Of a stretch of 64,000 nucleotides of DNA, positions 1 to 11,636 are shown one piece after another. How positions within the stretch are numbered: position 1 is the first letter of the stretch; every line of letters begins with the position of its first letter. The position numbers and the translations under genes were made by a program. Under the pieces are notes generated by a model. That model worked only from the letters and a program-made list of their open reading frames with translations, made no database searches and was not told the DNA's origin. Source of the DNA: Fistulifera solaris (lineage: Eukaryota); NCBI GenBank assembly GCA_030295235.1, contig AP026139.1, positions 124,001 through 188,000 on the forward strand, given 5' to 3'.

Positions 1-2367
1 GTCCATCGGACGTTGGGATGCCTTTTGGATATTTATGCGGAGAAGGATCTAGCGGAGGGAACCGTGACGGAGCAAGAAATACAAGAAATTATTGACGATG
101 TGGTGATCAAGATGCGACTGGTCCGCCACTTGCGCCCTCCTGCATACAATGAGCTGTTCTCCGGCGATCCGACTTGGCTGACGATTGCTTTGGGCGGCTG
201 CAAAGAAGACGGCACGAGTCTCGTCACTAAGACTTCCTATCGCTTCTTGCACACTCTTACCAATTTAGGGCCTGCACCCGAGCCAAACTTGACAGTGCTT
301 TGGTCTCAAAACTTGCCCAACAACTTCAAGGAATACTGCGCTCAGCAATCCATCGACACGTCATCCATTCAGTACGAGAACGACGATATGATGCGACAAG
401 TATTCGGCTGTGATTACGGCATCGCGTGTTGCGTATCAGGTATGCGTCTTGGAGTTGACATGCAATTCTTCGGTGCAAGAACCAACATGGTGAAGCTTTT
501 GCTCATGTGCTTGAACGGCGGTAGAGACGAAATGCACGGTGATAAATTGTGTCCCGAACTCGAAGCCGAATGCGCAAAGCTGGGAATTGGAAAAGGTGAC
601 GAAGACAGACCCATCAGCTTCGAGCAGATTGAACGACTGTACTTTGATATTGCCATGCCGTGGATGGCCAAGCTGTACGCTGAGACGATGAATACAATCC
701 ACTATTCGCATGATCGCGCTTGCTATGAAAACTTGCAAATGGCACTGCATAACTCCAATGTGAACCGCTTGATGGCTTTTGGGTGCGCTGGACTCTCGGT
801 TGTCGCTGACTCCCTGGCCGCAATCAAGTATGATGATGTCTTCCCCGTTCGTAACGATGCGGATCTTACAGTCGGCTTCCGCCGTGCACACCCCAATCGA
901 GAGATTCCTCAGTTCGGCAACGATGACGACCGTGTGGATTCGTTAGCGGTCCGCGTTTGCTCTCGATTCTACGATGAATTGAACAAGCAACCGTTGTACC
1001 GCAATGCAAAAGCCACTCTTTCCATTTTGACCATTACGTCCAACTTGGTGTACGGAAAGGCAACTGGGGCGAGTCCAGATGGACGGGCGTCAGGAGAATC
1101 CTTCGCGCCTGGTTGCAATCCCATGCACGGCCGTGATAAGAACGGAGCTTTGGCGTCTCTCAGTTCGGTGACAAAAATTCCGTATGCCAAGTGTATGGAT
1201 GGAGTTTCCAATACATTCTGTCTGTTGCCGAACGCATTGGGACAGCCAAAGAACCGTAAATCCAACTTGGCTACCCTGTTAGACGGCTACTTCGCGCACA
1301 ATGGTCATCACATCAATATCAACGTTCTAAGCCGAGACATACTGAGGGACGCTCATCTTCACCCCGAGAAATACCCCAATTTGACCATTCGCGTTAGTGG
1401 TTACGCAGTTCGCTTCTGCCGTCTTACTCCCGAGCAGCGTGAGGAAGTGATGGCGCGCACGATGCACTCCTCCAGTGTCGTCACCATGGCCCATGCCGAC
1501 AAAAATCACGAATTGTACGGTTCCGATATGGAAGAAAAGAAACAAGAAGAAGTCCAAATTGAGGAGATAGAAGGTGTAGTTGAAGGCAATGCAGTATTGG
1601 GTAGCGTTTACTCGTTCGAAACGTTTTCGACAACGGATGGACCTGGAATTCGAACGAACGTGTTTTTGCAAGGTTGTCCCAAGAAGTGTACTTTCTGCTG
1701 CAACCCAGAGACACAAGCTCTGGCCAACCCCAAGGATCATCCGGAATTCGCCATGTCTTCGGCAGAAGTGGCTTCGTTGGTCAGCAAATACTCTGAATGG
1801 CTCAAACCCCGCGGTGGCGGAATCACCGTTTCGGGAGGAGAAGCTTTGGTGCAGTCTGATTTCGTAAGCGACTTATTCCAGAAGATTCACGAGGAAGGCT
1901 TGACAACTTGTTTGGACACAGCCTGCTTTGGCAACAAGGCCCGCTGGGACAAGGTTCTACCTCACACCGATAACGTCTTGTTGTGTATGAAAGGCATGAA
2001 CAACGATGTGGCTGCAAGTGTTGCTCGAGTGTCTCCGGCGGAGATGCAGAAATCGAAAGACTTCGCCCGATACATCCGAGACCACTATCCCAACATCCGC
2101 ATTACGTTACGCTGGGTGCTGTTGAAGGATATCACAGACACGGATAGTGAATTGGACGCACTCACAGCGTTTGCGAAGGAACTAGGACCCGTGTTCCATA
2201 CCATCGAACTGATTCCCTACCATGAGTTGGGTCGCGAAAAGTACGATGCGTTAAAGTGGGATTATCCTTTGCAAGATATGAGTTCCTACAAAAAAGAAGA
2301 CGCACAGCGTGTCCAAGAACGATTGTTGAACGGACACGTGGCGACTATTCTTAGCAACGTGTCTTAA
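1..2367 (+). CDS. pflB-pflA: Pyruvate formate-lyase (glycyl radical enzyme) fused to PFL-activating enzyme (radical SAM); 5' end lies outside the window
   Basis: One ORF holds the PFL Cys-Cys motif GIACCVSG (427-432), the glycyl radical motif RVSGYAV (Gly at 1399-1401), a ~45-aa acidic linker, then the activase signature [26 protein letters not shown] (CxxxCxxC 1675-1698), SGGE, LDT and ELIPYHELG. Frame 2 at 2-25 reads SIGRWDAF and joins LDIY if one T is added to the run at 23-26. Confidence 0.95.
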   Translation, partial: VHRTLGCLLDIYAEKDLAEGTVTEQEIQEIIDDVVIKMRLVRHLRPPAYNELFSGDPTWLTIALGGCKEDGTSLVTKTSYRFLHTLTNLGPAPEPNLTVLWSQNLPNNFKEYCAQQSIDTSSIQYENDDMMRQVFGCDYGIACCVSGMRLGVDMQFFGARTNMVKLLLMCLNGGRDEMHGDKLCPELEAECAKLGIGKGDEDRPISFEQIERLYFDIAMPWMAKLYAETMNTIHYSHDRACYENLQMALHNSNVNRLMAFGCAGLSVVADSLAAIKYDDVFPVRNDADLTVGFRRAHPNREIPQFGNDDDRVDSLAVRVCSRFYDELNKQPLYRNAKATLSILTITSNLVYGKATGASPDGRASGESFAPGCNPMHGRDKNGALASLSSVTKIPYAKCMDGVSNTFCLLPNALGQPKNRKSNLATLLDGYFAHNGHHININVLSRDILRDAHLHPEKYPNLTIRVSGYAVRFCRLTPEQREEVMARTMHSSSVVTMAHADKNHELYGSDMEEKKQEEVQIEEIEGVVEGNAVLGSVYSFETFSTTDGPGIRTNVFLQGCPKKCTFCCNPETQALANPKDHPEFAMSSAEVASLVSKYSEWLKPRGGGITVSGGEALVQSDFVSDLFQKIHEEGLTTCLDTACFGNKARWDKVLPHTDNVLLCMKGMNNDVAASVARVSPAEMQKSKDFARYIRDHYPNIRITLRWVLLKDITDTDSELDALTAFAKELGPVFHTIELIPYHELGREKYDALKWDYPLQDMSSYKKEDAQRVQERLLNGHVATILSNVS

Positions 2368-2511
2368 TAAGGCGACAACCAATTTGAAGTGTAGTTATTG
2401 TGGAAGTAATGCATATAAATATTGAATGAAGATTTTCTTTTACCTGATAACTCATGTTTCCATCCCATGTATGTTTTCTTTATCATTACATCTGTCGTAT
2501 TTTGATCTCAA

Positions 2512-3430
2512 TTAAGCATTCAAAAAAGCCGCATCTTCGTTCAATTCGCCTTCCATGAGCACGGCATCTTCCATATCCTTGTGCATGGAAGCATCCCGGA
2601 ACAAAGCGTGCATTAACACCAAGAAACCCGATGAAAACAATGTCCACCAGAACACATTCTGGAACACCCACATTAAGTAAAAGACAGAAACAATACCTAA
2701 AGCGACGGTGGCTGTTTTCTGAGGAATTTGAACGGCTGCAGTAAGGTGTGAGTGATGGGATTTCAAACACTTTTGACACAAAGCAATTCGCCATGGAAAA
2801 CTTCCAGGAGCACGTAATCGACAGCCCAAAATAGAGAAAACAACACCAACTTCACAATCGTTACGTACATCCCAGTGCCAACGTTCCATTCGAAGATGCT
2901 CGAATGAACCACATGCAGCCCGCGGCCCAAATTCCTACCAGAATAAGTGTCGTAGGGCTGGTAATGACCGTCAAACAAAAGAGCAGAATCGTCATGAGGA
3001 AATAATTCAAATAAAAGAACGTGATATTGTGACGCAACCGTTCCACGAGCAAGGCGGCATTCTTTTCGACATAGAAACCACGTTCTTCTCCTATACCGAA
3101 AAAGATGGCCGGACTGCGCAATTGATCACGTCGAAAGATCGTTCCTACGTATTGTTTGGTGCTATCCGGAATCGACGCCGATACGCGCCCCATGGCTTCG
3201 TTGGCTCCACTTGAGTCCCATTTTTCTTTCCTAAATACATGAAAATGATTTTGAAAGAGTAAAGAGTAAAGAGAGAAAAAGTGGTAAGTCAAAAGGCATA
3301 TTTTGTGTTCAAAAACATGGACCCATTTGGCCATAATTCCTAGTTGCACGTACGCGGAAGTCATCAAGCCCATCAAGGAACCGACAGAGCTCGCTCCTCC
3401 CGCAGCATCACCCGTATTCAAGTGTGACAT
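2512..3430 (-). CDS. PRA1 (prenylated Rab acceptor) family membrane protein, 3 exons
   Basis: Motifs RLRHNITFFYLNY and LMHALFRD plus hydrophobic hairpins; GT-AG introns at ~3231-3353 and ~2734-2867 restore one frame (…GSVQIPQKT…). Confidence 0.8.
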
Positions 3431-4141
3431 TGTGAATTGTTTGTTGTTTTTGATATACAAAGATAGTAATTATAGTTCGATTTGGTATTACAGAAGACTA
3501 AGGATTGCAGCGCTGTAATGGGCGTCTTCTTCTTGGCGACGAAGAGGTGTGAGAGACGACCGTTGCAACACGAGTCATTTCTCGCAAAGACTGTGTTTGC
3601 GTTCCGTCGTTCGGGTCTCTAGTTCATGAATATGACATCACTTCTGGGGGAGCGGCTGGCTTCCCCCAACCCTACACTACACACTGCAAGTCGACTCGGA
3701 AGAGTTGCACTTGCATTCCCCATCCGACAACCTCCGGCACGCCAGCCTCACTCCCACATAAGCAATCGGTCGCGGAGTCGCGCCCCACTGATGGCCCGAC
3801 CGTTAAAGTTGGATTATCCGTCTCGCGGGAAACGATAGCAGATGACGATGACCTTGTTGGTATTGAACCTTTGGATGTACTTGTAGGTGAGTGAACATGA
3901 TGTATGATAAGAAAACATTAAAAAGATAACAAAAAGGAGTGGTTTATCCTGTAATTAAGGTTTCTATATCTCTATTATTTTACGATGTTATGATAGTGGT
4001 TCACAATAGAACACTAAGGAGAGACGACAATGATCTCCGTTGCCGTGCTCCTGCACAAAAAATTAAACGTTGCTGTTGCTATTTATGGATGACTGGTTCA
4101 TCCAAAAACTGGATCCTCTCAGTACCCATTGCTAGATGCGT

Positions 4142-4393
4142 CTACAAAAATCCCCACTCCGAGTCGGTAGAGGTTGGTGATGTGTCATAGCTAATGGAAT
4201 CGCCAAGTACCATGATTGGTGGATCGGAATGGAGCGGTAATTTTGGCTCCACACTGATATAGGAGGAAGTCGTTGTCGTGGTTGTAGAAGAGGCATTGGA
4301 CAAGGAAGAGCTTAACCGCTTGCTCAAGACCCTGACTTTTTGTCGTTGTCTGCTATGATTCAATAGTATACTACGGTTGTAAATAGAAGGCAT
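4142..4393 (-). CDS. Small Ser/Thr-rich hypothetical protein (83 aa)
   Basis: ATG-initiated ORF in an ACAAC-rich start context; no recognisable domain. Confidence 0.3.
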   Translation of the reverse strand: MPSIYNRSILLNHSRQRQKVRVLSKRLSSSLSNASSTTTTTTSSYISVEPKLPLHSDPPIMVLGDSISYDTSPTSTDSEWGFL

Positions 4394-5330
4394 GGTGTTG
4401 TCGACGCTTGATATAAAGAATATGATTCTGTGTTTGTGTCAAATCAGAGAGTCAACGCAATGAAAGAGAGTCAAATAAAATGCAAGAAAGTTCGTTGAAT
4501 CTTCGTCGTGTGAGCGAAAATAATGGAAAATCGAGAGAGGGCGAAAAAGCAAGAACTTTCGTTGATGGGAGGGCCACGTAACCCGTACAATTTTCCACGG
4601 AGCGCAGTCTGTGATCGTCGGCTTCAAGGTGCATTTTCTTCGATCGAGCGAGCAAGTAAGTCGTAAGTCATGGAATTACACTACTACATAAAATGTGATA
4701 GTCGCGCTGTTAATCCAATACTTGAAGTACTTTTGGATTTCATTCACTACTGCAAAATACAGCCGCGTCATGTCGTATTCGTATGCGTGGCCGTATTTGC
4801 TTCAACAATCTTATTCATGGATACTTCGTCATTTCTTCGCCACGTAACTACGATATCCTTTCTGATGGACATCATACTTTCCACTCTAGAGCTTGTACTG
4901 TTAGTATGAAGCTGATATTTAGTATGAAGCTGATAAGTACTCTTGTGTGTCGAATGTATCCGGCGTCATCATATAATTTCTGAAGTCATTCTTGATCTTG
5001 AATCCCACTGTTTTCCCTAGAGCTCCGACGCGAGGAGGAAGCGGAAAGGCATACGTCATATATTCTTGGTCTTGCTCAGTCAGTTCGAGTCGTCGACCTT
5101 CCATCTTCAACGTTCATCAGCATGCACGGTTGAGGACCTTTTCGCCCTTCCGCAAGCGTTGCCGCCGCCACGCAACAGAGAAACAACCAAGAACGACGTT
5201 TCTTCGTTTGGTCTCGTCAAATTCACATGCAGTCGATCATAATTTTTTCCTTCGAAACATAAAATAGACAGATTCCGGCAATTCACAAGAACCGGTTTTA
5301 TTTCACACTACAAAGACAACCCATACACAC

Positions 5331-5822
5331 ATGGCTCTTCCACTCCCAGTGTTAAGGCTGATTGCCGAAGCAAAGAGCGTTTGTATTGTCACAGACAATG
5401 CCGTTGCGCCGGCCGCACCAGTCTCGAATGCATCGGTCAAACTTCTTCGTAGGCATCATAGTTCACCTCCTGTTGTTGCGCCAAGCTGTCGCTGGAGCAG
5501 CTCTTCTCCGGTGCCGTGCCGTTGGACGAGCTCCGATGGAAAAGTAAACACGAATGCTTTGCCTAGCAGTAGAGCCACGCCCGTGAAAGGACGGTTATCG
5601 TGTTCGTCGTCGCTTCCGCGCAAGCCCGAGCGAATCCCAGCCATTTCTGACGAAAAACTTTCACCAGTATCACCCATGTCCATTCATAGCTTGTGCAAAT
5701 CAAACCAACTAATAATTCAGAACCTCCCGTCGCCCATATCTTCGCCGCAACGGCGGAGGAGTAGTTTGAGGAATTCTACCATTATCCTATCCGAAGCTTT
5801 GGCTACAGCTCTGTCGTTTTGA
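5331..5822 (+). CDS. Ser/Pro-rich disordered protein with IVxDNA, CRWxS and PRKPxR motifs
   Basis: ATG preceded by a CA-rich leader; shares MALP…IVxDNA and a C-terminal amphipathic helix with the ORF at 8746-9117. Confidence 0.65.
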   Translation: MALPLPVLRLIAEAKSVCIVTDNAVAPAAPVSNASVKLLRRHHSSPPVVAPSCRWSSSSPVPCRWTSSDGKVNTNALPSSRATPVKGRLSCSSSLPRKPERIPAISDEKLSPVSPMSIHSLCKSNQLIIQNLPSPISSPQRRRSSLRNSTIILSEALATALSF

Positions 5823-6439
5823 TTTCAAATTAACTACCTCCCTCGCTACGCACTTCATCCATTCGAGATTGCCCTACTTCAACCTTCATAATGGCATCAC
5901 CTTCTTTTCGCGCTTCTCAACGATGATTCATACAGATTCTAATACTACAACAGTATCCATCCCTTTTAATATTTTCTACTTTGAGTATAAAAAAATGTGG
6001 AACACGGGCCTTTATTTTCTGTATCGACAAGCGCGTCGAATCATCTCCGAGTATCAACTTAACGAGATATCCCGATTGGATTTATGTCACGAATGGCGTT
6101 TCTTTATTTTCGATTTCGTCCGCTCCTGTGTCAAAGTGAACTAAAATATACGAAGTTCATTTTTTTAATTTTTGCTGACAGGAAGAAGGTTGGAGGATGG
6201 AAAAGTACAACTTTTGTTCTTTTGCGTCGAAAAACGTGATGCGTCGGTCCTCGACAGGATTTCGGTCGTGAGTAACGATTTACCAATTTCGATGATTCGC
6301 TCGCTTTTTATGTTGTCTTAAAGATCAAAATATTTAGAACGCATTGTCATTGTTTGATGCGATTAAGTCAGCAGATTCATAATGGGCGAAAACTTGCTTT
6401 TTGTGACGAAAAGCACTCTGACTCTATTTGGTCCAAATT

Positions 6440-6497
6440 TTACTATCGACCGAAAGTGTAAGCGACCTTTTGCCTCGACTGGATTTCAGTCATGAGT
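6440..6497 (-). repeat. Dispersed intergenic repeat, copy A
   Basis: Reverse complement reads TCATGACTGAAATCCAGTCGAGGCAAAAGGTCGCTTACACTTTCGGTCGATAGTAA, which aligns with 27823-27878. Confidence 0.75.
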
Positions 6498-6928
6498 CGC
6501 AAATGCTACGCTTGATGTTCAAGCAGTCTCGTATCAGCGTAGAACGCATCATCTTTAGTTACGCAAATAAATACTATAGCTTGGATTCGTATTTGCTATT
6601 CATCCTTAGATTTTTGAGTCCAATAGCTCGCCGATACTATAGCTGTAGAGTGTTATTCGTTTTTCGCCACGACTGATTTTCGAGGTGAGTGAGGAGTAAG
6701 GAGGAGTCGAGGAGTCGAGTCGAGTCAGTCGTCGAGAGTCATGACCTATTTTTCACACTGCGACACGAACGCTGCTGTCATTCGACGTTGTTTGACTTTT
6801 TCATTGCAGCCTTTGTAATGTTCATTGAAAGACGCTTGTTGCTAACATTATTCCACAATGATTCTATTATCAGAGAAGAATGGAAAAAGATAATCTTTCG
6901 TCCCGATCTTTTAAATTGAGCAATCCGT

Positions 6929-7777
6929 ATGCTTCACAGAAGAAGGAAGCACCGTCATTGCCGCCGAATTTACCCACGACGCCTCGTGATCTTTTTTCTC
7001 GCTCATTTGCCGTCTTCTGTGACTCAGTTCGATAAAGAAACAACATCCGAGAAATCTGTGAGTAAATCTGCGGCCAGAAGCAACAACGCCGACAATGACG
7101 TGCCATGGGCACAACGCTTATTAAGCAGCCAAGTGCCCATGGTTGCCGAAATACAAACCATCACGGAATATTACAATTTACAACCAAAGCACGGACAGTA
7201 CTATCGAATAACGGGAAAACTAGTTCACAAGGCAGTACACAGCCCTACATGTATCTCGCTGGTGCTCGAAGATCCGCTCAAATCGCAGTCACAACCAGAC
7301 CGCAAACGTCGCGTTAGTTTTCCCGTGTCCGGACCACGTTACAGCCGAACACTGGGGAGCAGTGTCGATCCTTCGACGCCCAAATATTTGGGCGGCAAAG
7401 CGCCGGCTTCGGTGATTCGAAGAAAATCGTCTTTACTACGGAAAACACCGGTCGCTGCGCCGCCGCCATCGGCACTCGAGAGTCTCGTGGTAGCTTTGAA
7501 AGGACGTGTGTGGGTAATTGTTCGACATATTCCAATAAACAACATCACTGTGGGTGATCTGATCATGGTATTAGGTAGTACGCACGTCCTGACGGAGACT
7601 GCATTGACGTCAGAGGAGGACGGGGAATTCTTGCGGGACGTTCAGCAACGTTGCAACGGGCAGACTTACTTTCTTCAGGCACGTATTGTACGAAGTGCGG
7701 TGGGTACGGATATGAAACTGTATGAACAAGCATTGATGGCGCGGCGTGCGTATTTGGCACAGAGAGAGAGTCGATAA
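6929..7777 (+). CDS. TEN1: TEN1-like OB-fold protein (CST telomere-capping complex); true start uncertain
   Basis: RITGKL, VGDLIMVLG and the C-terminal LQARIVRSAVGTDMKLYEQALMARRAYL match the Ten1 pattern (ARV...G.DL.LYEQA...R) as I recall it; has a long S/P/K/R-rich insertion. Confidence 0.6.
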   Translation: MLHRRRKHRHCRRIYPRRLVIFFLAHLPSSVTQFDKETTSEKSVSKSAARSNNADNDVPWAQRLLSSQVPMVAEIQTITEYYNLQPKHGQYYRITGKLVHKAVHSPTCISLVLEDPLKSQSQPDRKRRVSFPVSGPRYSRTLGSSVDPSTPKYLGGKAPASVIRRKSSLLRKTPVAAPPPSALESLVVALKGRVWVIVRHIPINNITVGDLIMVLGSTHVLTETALTSEEDGEFLRDVQQRCNGQTYFLQARIVRSAVGTDMKLYEQALMARRAYLAQRESR

Positions 7778-8745
7778 CAACAAACTTAGATCTCGAAGAG
7801 CATCGTGCCAAATAGAAGAAGTTGTCGTTCTAGGTTTTGCACAAATCGAGACTGATACAAACGTCACTCTTTCCGATCATCGTTTCACAGAATCAACAAT
7901 TTCGGCCTTAGCTGAGAGCCGTTTTGAACGACATTGCACTCCACATCTTGGGAACTTCGGACGAAATTGTCTGTTTGAATACAAGATACGTTTACAAGAC
8001 TCTCAGAAGTCCTGATAAATGCTCTGTTCACAGTTGACGTTTTGCTGCATTCGTGCTTCTTTTTGTCTTTAGATCTCGAGTTTCAGGACATTATTTGATG
8101 GCAGGTCCTGGTTTGAAGCAAGACCTCGACGTACTTCATAATATTCGGAGCATGATTCTAGAGATTCAAAAGAGATGTATTTACTGTATCCGGAGTACTA
8201 CGTACACCTTCTTTTGTTTTTCGGTTTTTCGGCTCTTGGGCCTTGAATATTTTCTAATTAGATGACAGACAGATAGGACTTAGGACTCTTTGTTTCCAGC
8301 CCTTTGTTGCTCTTAACTGAAATCAAAGCGTTCAAATAATTCAACCTTCGCCTTTGACAGAACGAGTACAATCATCAACGTCCGAGAGAATGCCTTGGGC
8401 ACAGAGCCTATAAGCCCGTCGATGGTCGTTAAACGGAAATGAGAATTCACACATGCTAAAATTCGTTCCTCGTTAATTCTGAATGCGATTCAATTAGCAA
8501 CTGGAACTTCATTGTGAACTATAGTACTCTCTTCTTCATACCCATTTCACTGGAGCTGTAAAAATGCAGATATGAAAAGTGCGCATTTCGCATTGATCAC
8601 CTGGCTTGTTTCCTATGTTTTCCAAATCGGATACAGAGCATGAGACGGCGAAAGATGGTTGTTTTGTTTTACTTCCAAAGATTTATTGAGCCCCTTTTTC
8701 GAATCATCGCATTTATATATCTTGTCGTTTCTCGTCTTCATCACC

Positions 8746-9117
8746 ATGGCTCTGCCGCATGCCCTTTGGAAACATCTTGCTGCCAATGATATCACGATTG
8801 TTGTCGATAATGCCCGCGCCCCCAAACATCCTCACTCATCTCGTAACAACAGTCCTCCGCTGATCCGTGCCTGGACCAGTGAACGTACTATATCTCCTCC
8901 TCCTCCTCCTCCTCCTCCTCCTCCTTCGTCCCAGCGCGTCGCCGAAATGAGCAAGCAAGATATTGTCGGTCAGCCAACCCTTTCGACGATCAAGTTAATT
9001 GATGTATACAAGTCGCACGGTTCCCTATCGCGTGGAGTGAGTCGACCGTGTCGAGGTCCTTCGTCCACCAGCACCGTTCGAGCAATTGCCGAAGTATTGG
9101 AGACAACCATGAATTAA
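8746..9117 (+). CDS. Pro-rich disordered protein with IVxDNA motif (paralog-like to 5331-5822)
   Basis: MALPHALWKHLAANDITIVVDNARAP…; poly-Pro encoded by (CCT)n at ~8894-8925. Confidence 0.6.
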   Translation: MALPHALWKHLAANDITIVVDNARAPKHPHSSRNNSPPLIRAWTSERTISPPPPPPPPPPSSQRVAEMSKQDIVGQPTLSTIKLIDVYKSHGSLSRGVSRPCRGPSSTSTVRAIAEVLETTMN

Positions 9118-9241
9118 GCATCGGTTGGAATGGCTGATTGGCTTTTTGACAACTAAACACTCTTGATATAAAATAGTACATGTATTCGTAATACGGAGTA
9201 TCATTTTTCTTTCTTTTAGTTAAGTAAGCGTCACAATATCC

Positions 9242-11425
9242 TTACGAGCGGATCCCCAATTGAGCTTCGAGCTGGGCAATCTTGGCTTCAAGTTCCGCCA
9301 CGGCCGGAGTTTTTGGGGCGGCCGCCACAATCGATGTGACGGACTGCGTGCCAATTTCATCCGTCACACATCCCTCACTGGCGGTAGCGACCGTTTGAAT
9401 GTAGCGGAACAACGTTCCTTGCGTCGCACGGAGGGGTGGAGGGACCCATTCACGACGTCGCTTCTCCCATTCTTCGTCAGAAATCAACAAATCAATCGTT
9501 CGTTGGGAAGGACGGGCATCAATGCGGATCGGGTCTCCCGTCTTGACGAGAGCTAAGGGACCACCCACTTGTGCTTCGGGGGTAATGTGTCTATAGAAGT
9601 ATAGAAGTACACAATAAATGAATCAGTGACTCTCATTGGTATAACCAAAAGGAGAAACACACACTTACCCGATACAAAAACCGTGACTTCCACCACTGAA
9701 ACGACCATCCGTCAACAAGGCAACTTTGTCACCCAATCCTGCTCCCATAATCGCACTCGTCGGTGTCAACATCTCGGGCAATCCAGGTCCTCCCTTGGGT
9801 CCTTCGTAGCGAATAATCACGACGTCACCGGGCACAATTTCTTTGTTTTCCAAGCCGCGCATCATGCTGGGTTCGTTGTCGTACACACGTGCCGTACCAG
9901 TGAACGTCTCTCCTTCCTTACCGGTAATTTTAGCGACACCGCCACCCGGACACAAGTTTCCGTACATCATCAACAAGTGGCCGGTGGCCTTGATGGGATC
10001 CGAAAGTGGACGGATGATGTCTTGTCCAGGTTTCAAACCGGGATGGTTAGCGAGGTTCTCGGCATGTGAATATCCCGTGACTGTCATTTGACTACCGTCC
10101 AAAAAGCCTTCGTCCAACATGAATCGGAGCAAACCGGGAGTTCCACCGATGTTTTGTACATCTTCCATGACGTATTTTCCCGAAGGTTTCAAATCGGCCA
10201 AAAAGGAGTCTGATCACTGATGCGTTGAAAGTCCTCCAAGGTAATGTACGCACTGGGATTTTGTGTCGATCGGCTCATGGCCACCAAGTGCAAGACGGCA
10301 TTCGTGGATCCACCCGTAATCATAATCATGCGAATCGCATTTTCGAACGCTTCTTTGGTCATAATGTCGCGCGGTTTCAAGTCCATCTCCAACAATTTGC
10401 GCATGGCCGCACCGGCTTGGAAGCATTCGTCGGCTTTTTTCTTTCGAATCGGCGGGTGATGACGACGAATAGGGCAAGGACATTCCGAGAGCCTCAATCG
10501 CCGTAGCCATGGTATTGGCCGTGTACATGCCTAATTAGAAATAAGAGTGTCAATGAGTGAATAAACAAATCTTTGGGACCCCCAACCCACTAACGCACCT
10601 CCACAAGCCCCTGGCCCCGGACACGAATGTTGAATGATTTCTTGTCGTTCCTCTTCGGAGATTTTGTCATACACGTACTGTCCATACGACTGAAAAGCAC
10701 TGACAATGTCCAAGGGCTGACCCGTCGAAGGCTGTTTTCCCGCACGGATGGTTCCACCGTACACCATAATACCCGGACGATTCAATCGTCCCATGGCCAT
10801 GATACATCCGGGCATATTCTTATCACAACCGGGCAAAGCAATCAATCCATCATACCACTGACCACTCATGGTTGTTTCCATGGAGTCGGCAATCAAATCA
10901 CGCGACTGCAAGGAATATCGCATACCCGATGTCCCCATACTGATACCATCCGAGACGCCCACCGTGTTGAAACGGAATCCGACACAGTTCGCTTGTTCGA
11001 CGCCCCGTTTAACTTTTTCACTCAAATCCAACAAATGCATATTGCAGGGATTGCCTTCGTACCAGACACTGGCAATGCCCACTTGCGGTTTGTTCATGTC
11101 TTGTTGTGTCAAGCCGGTGGCGTATAACATGGCTTGGGAGGCGCCTTGTACTTTGGTCTGTGTCAATGTTCTGCAAAAGAGGGCAAAGGGGGGAAACGAA
11201 CGAAGGAAACAAAGAATCGAACGATACGGTGAGAGGGTTGGTTGTGAGAAGAAAGCAAGTTATCCTAATAGAAGTAATTTTTATGTCAGACACGCACCGA
11301 CTCCATTTGTTCAAAATGGGTCCTTCTTCCGACATGAAAAGGGCCGTCGAAGAACGAGTTCCTGACTGGACAGGCGCAAAGCCATGAGCGGCTCCTGTAA
11401 GAGAAAGAAACAAGACGAACTTCAT
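9242..11425 (-). CDS. ilvD: Dihydroxyacid dehydratase, plastid-targeted, 4 exons, two apparent frame breaks
   Basis: Motifs [66 protein letters not shown]-terminus [18 protein letters not shown] (signal peptide+F). Breaks at a T run ~10435 and an A run ~10200. Confidence 0.95.
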
Positions 11426-11602
11426 CTTGGTGTTGGAAGGAATGACACGAGATCTATTAATAGCAAAAGATGAGCCAATCACTCTCCAAGGGTATGAATC
11501 GGCTCGGAAAATATCAAAAAAAAAGAAGTAGGCTCGATGTGTTGTTGTGTGATGGGAAAATGTCGTGCGCGGAGGATGGATGGACGATGGAAACAGCCGA
11601 CA

Positions 11603-11636
<34 letters not shown>
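11603..11636. repeat. (TCTG)n microsatellite
   Basis: About 8 perfect TCTG units upstream of ilvD. Confidence 0.95.

Noticed and set aside
3762..3839. Hammerhead-ribozyme-like elements (GTC, CTGATGG, GAAAC, partial stem III)
   Set aside because: Core reads CUGAUGG rather than CUGANGA, stem I cannot form next to the core, and stem III needs a bulge.
7905..7945. CTGAGA…TTTGAAC resembling a TPP riboswitch
   Set aside because: No following CCTGA/TAAT/GCG elements or P1-P2 pairing, and no thiamine gene nearby.
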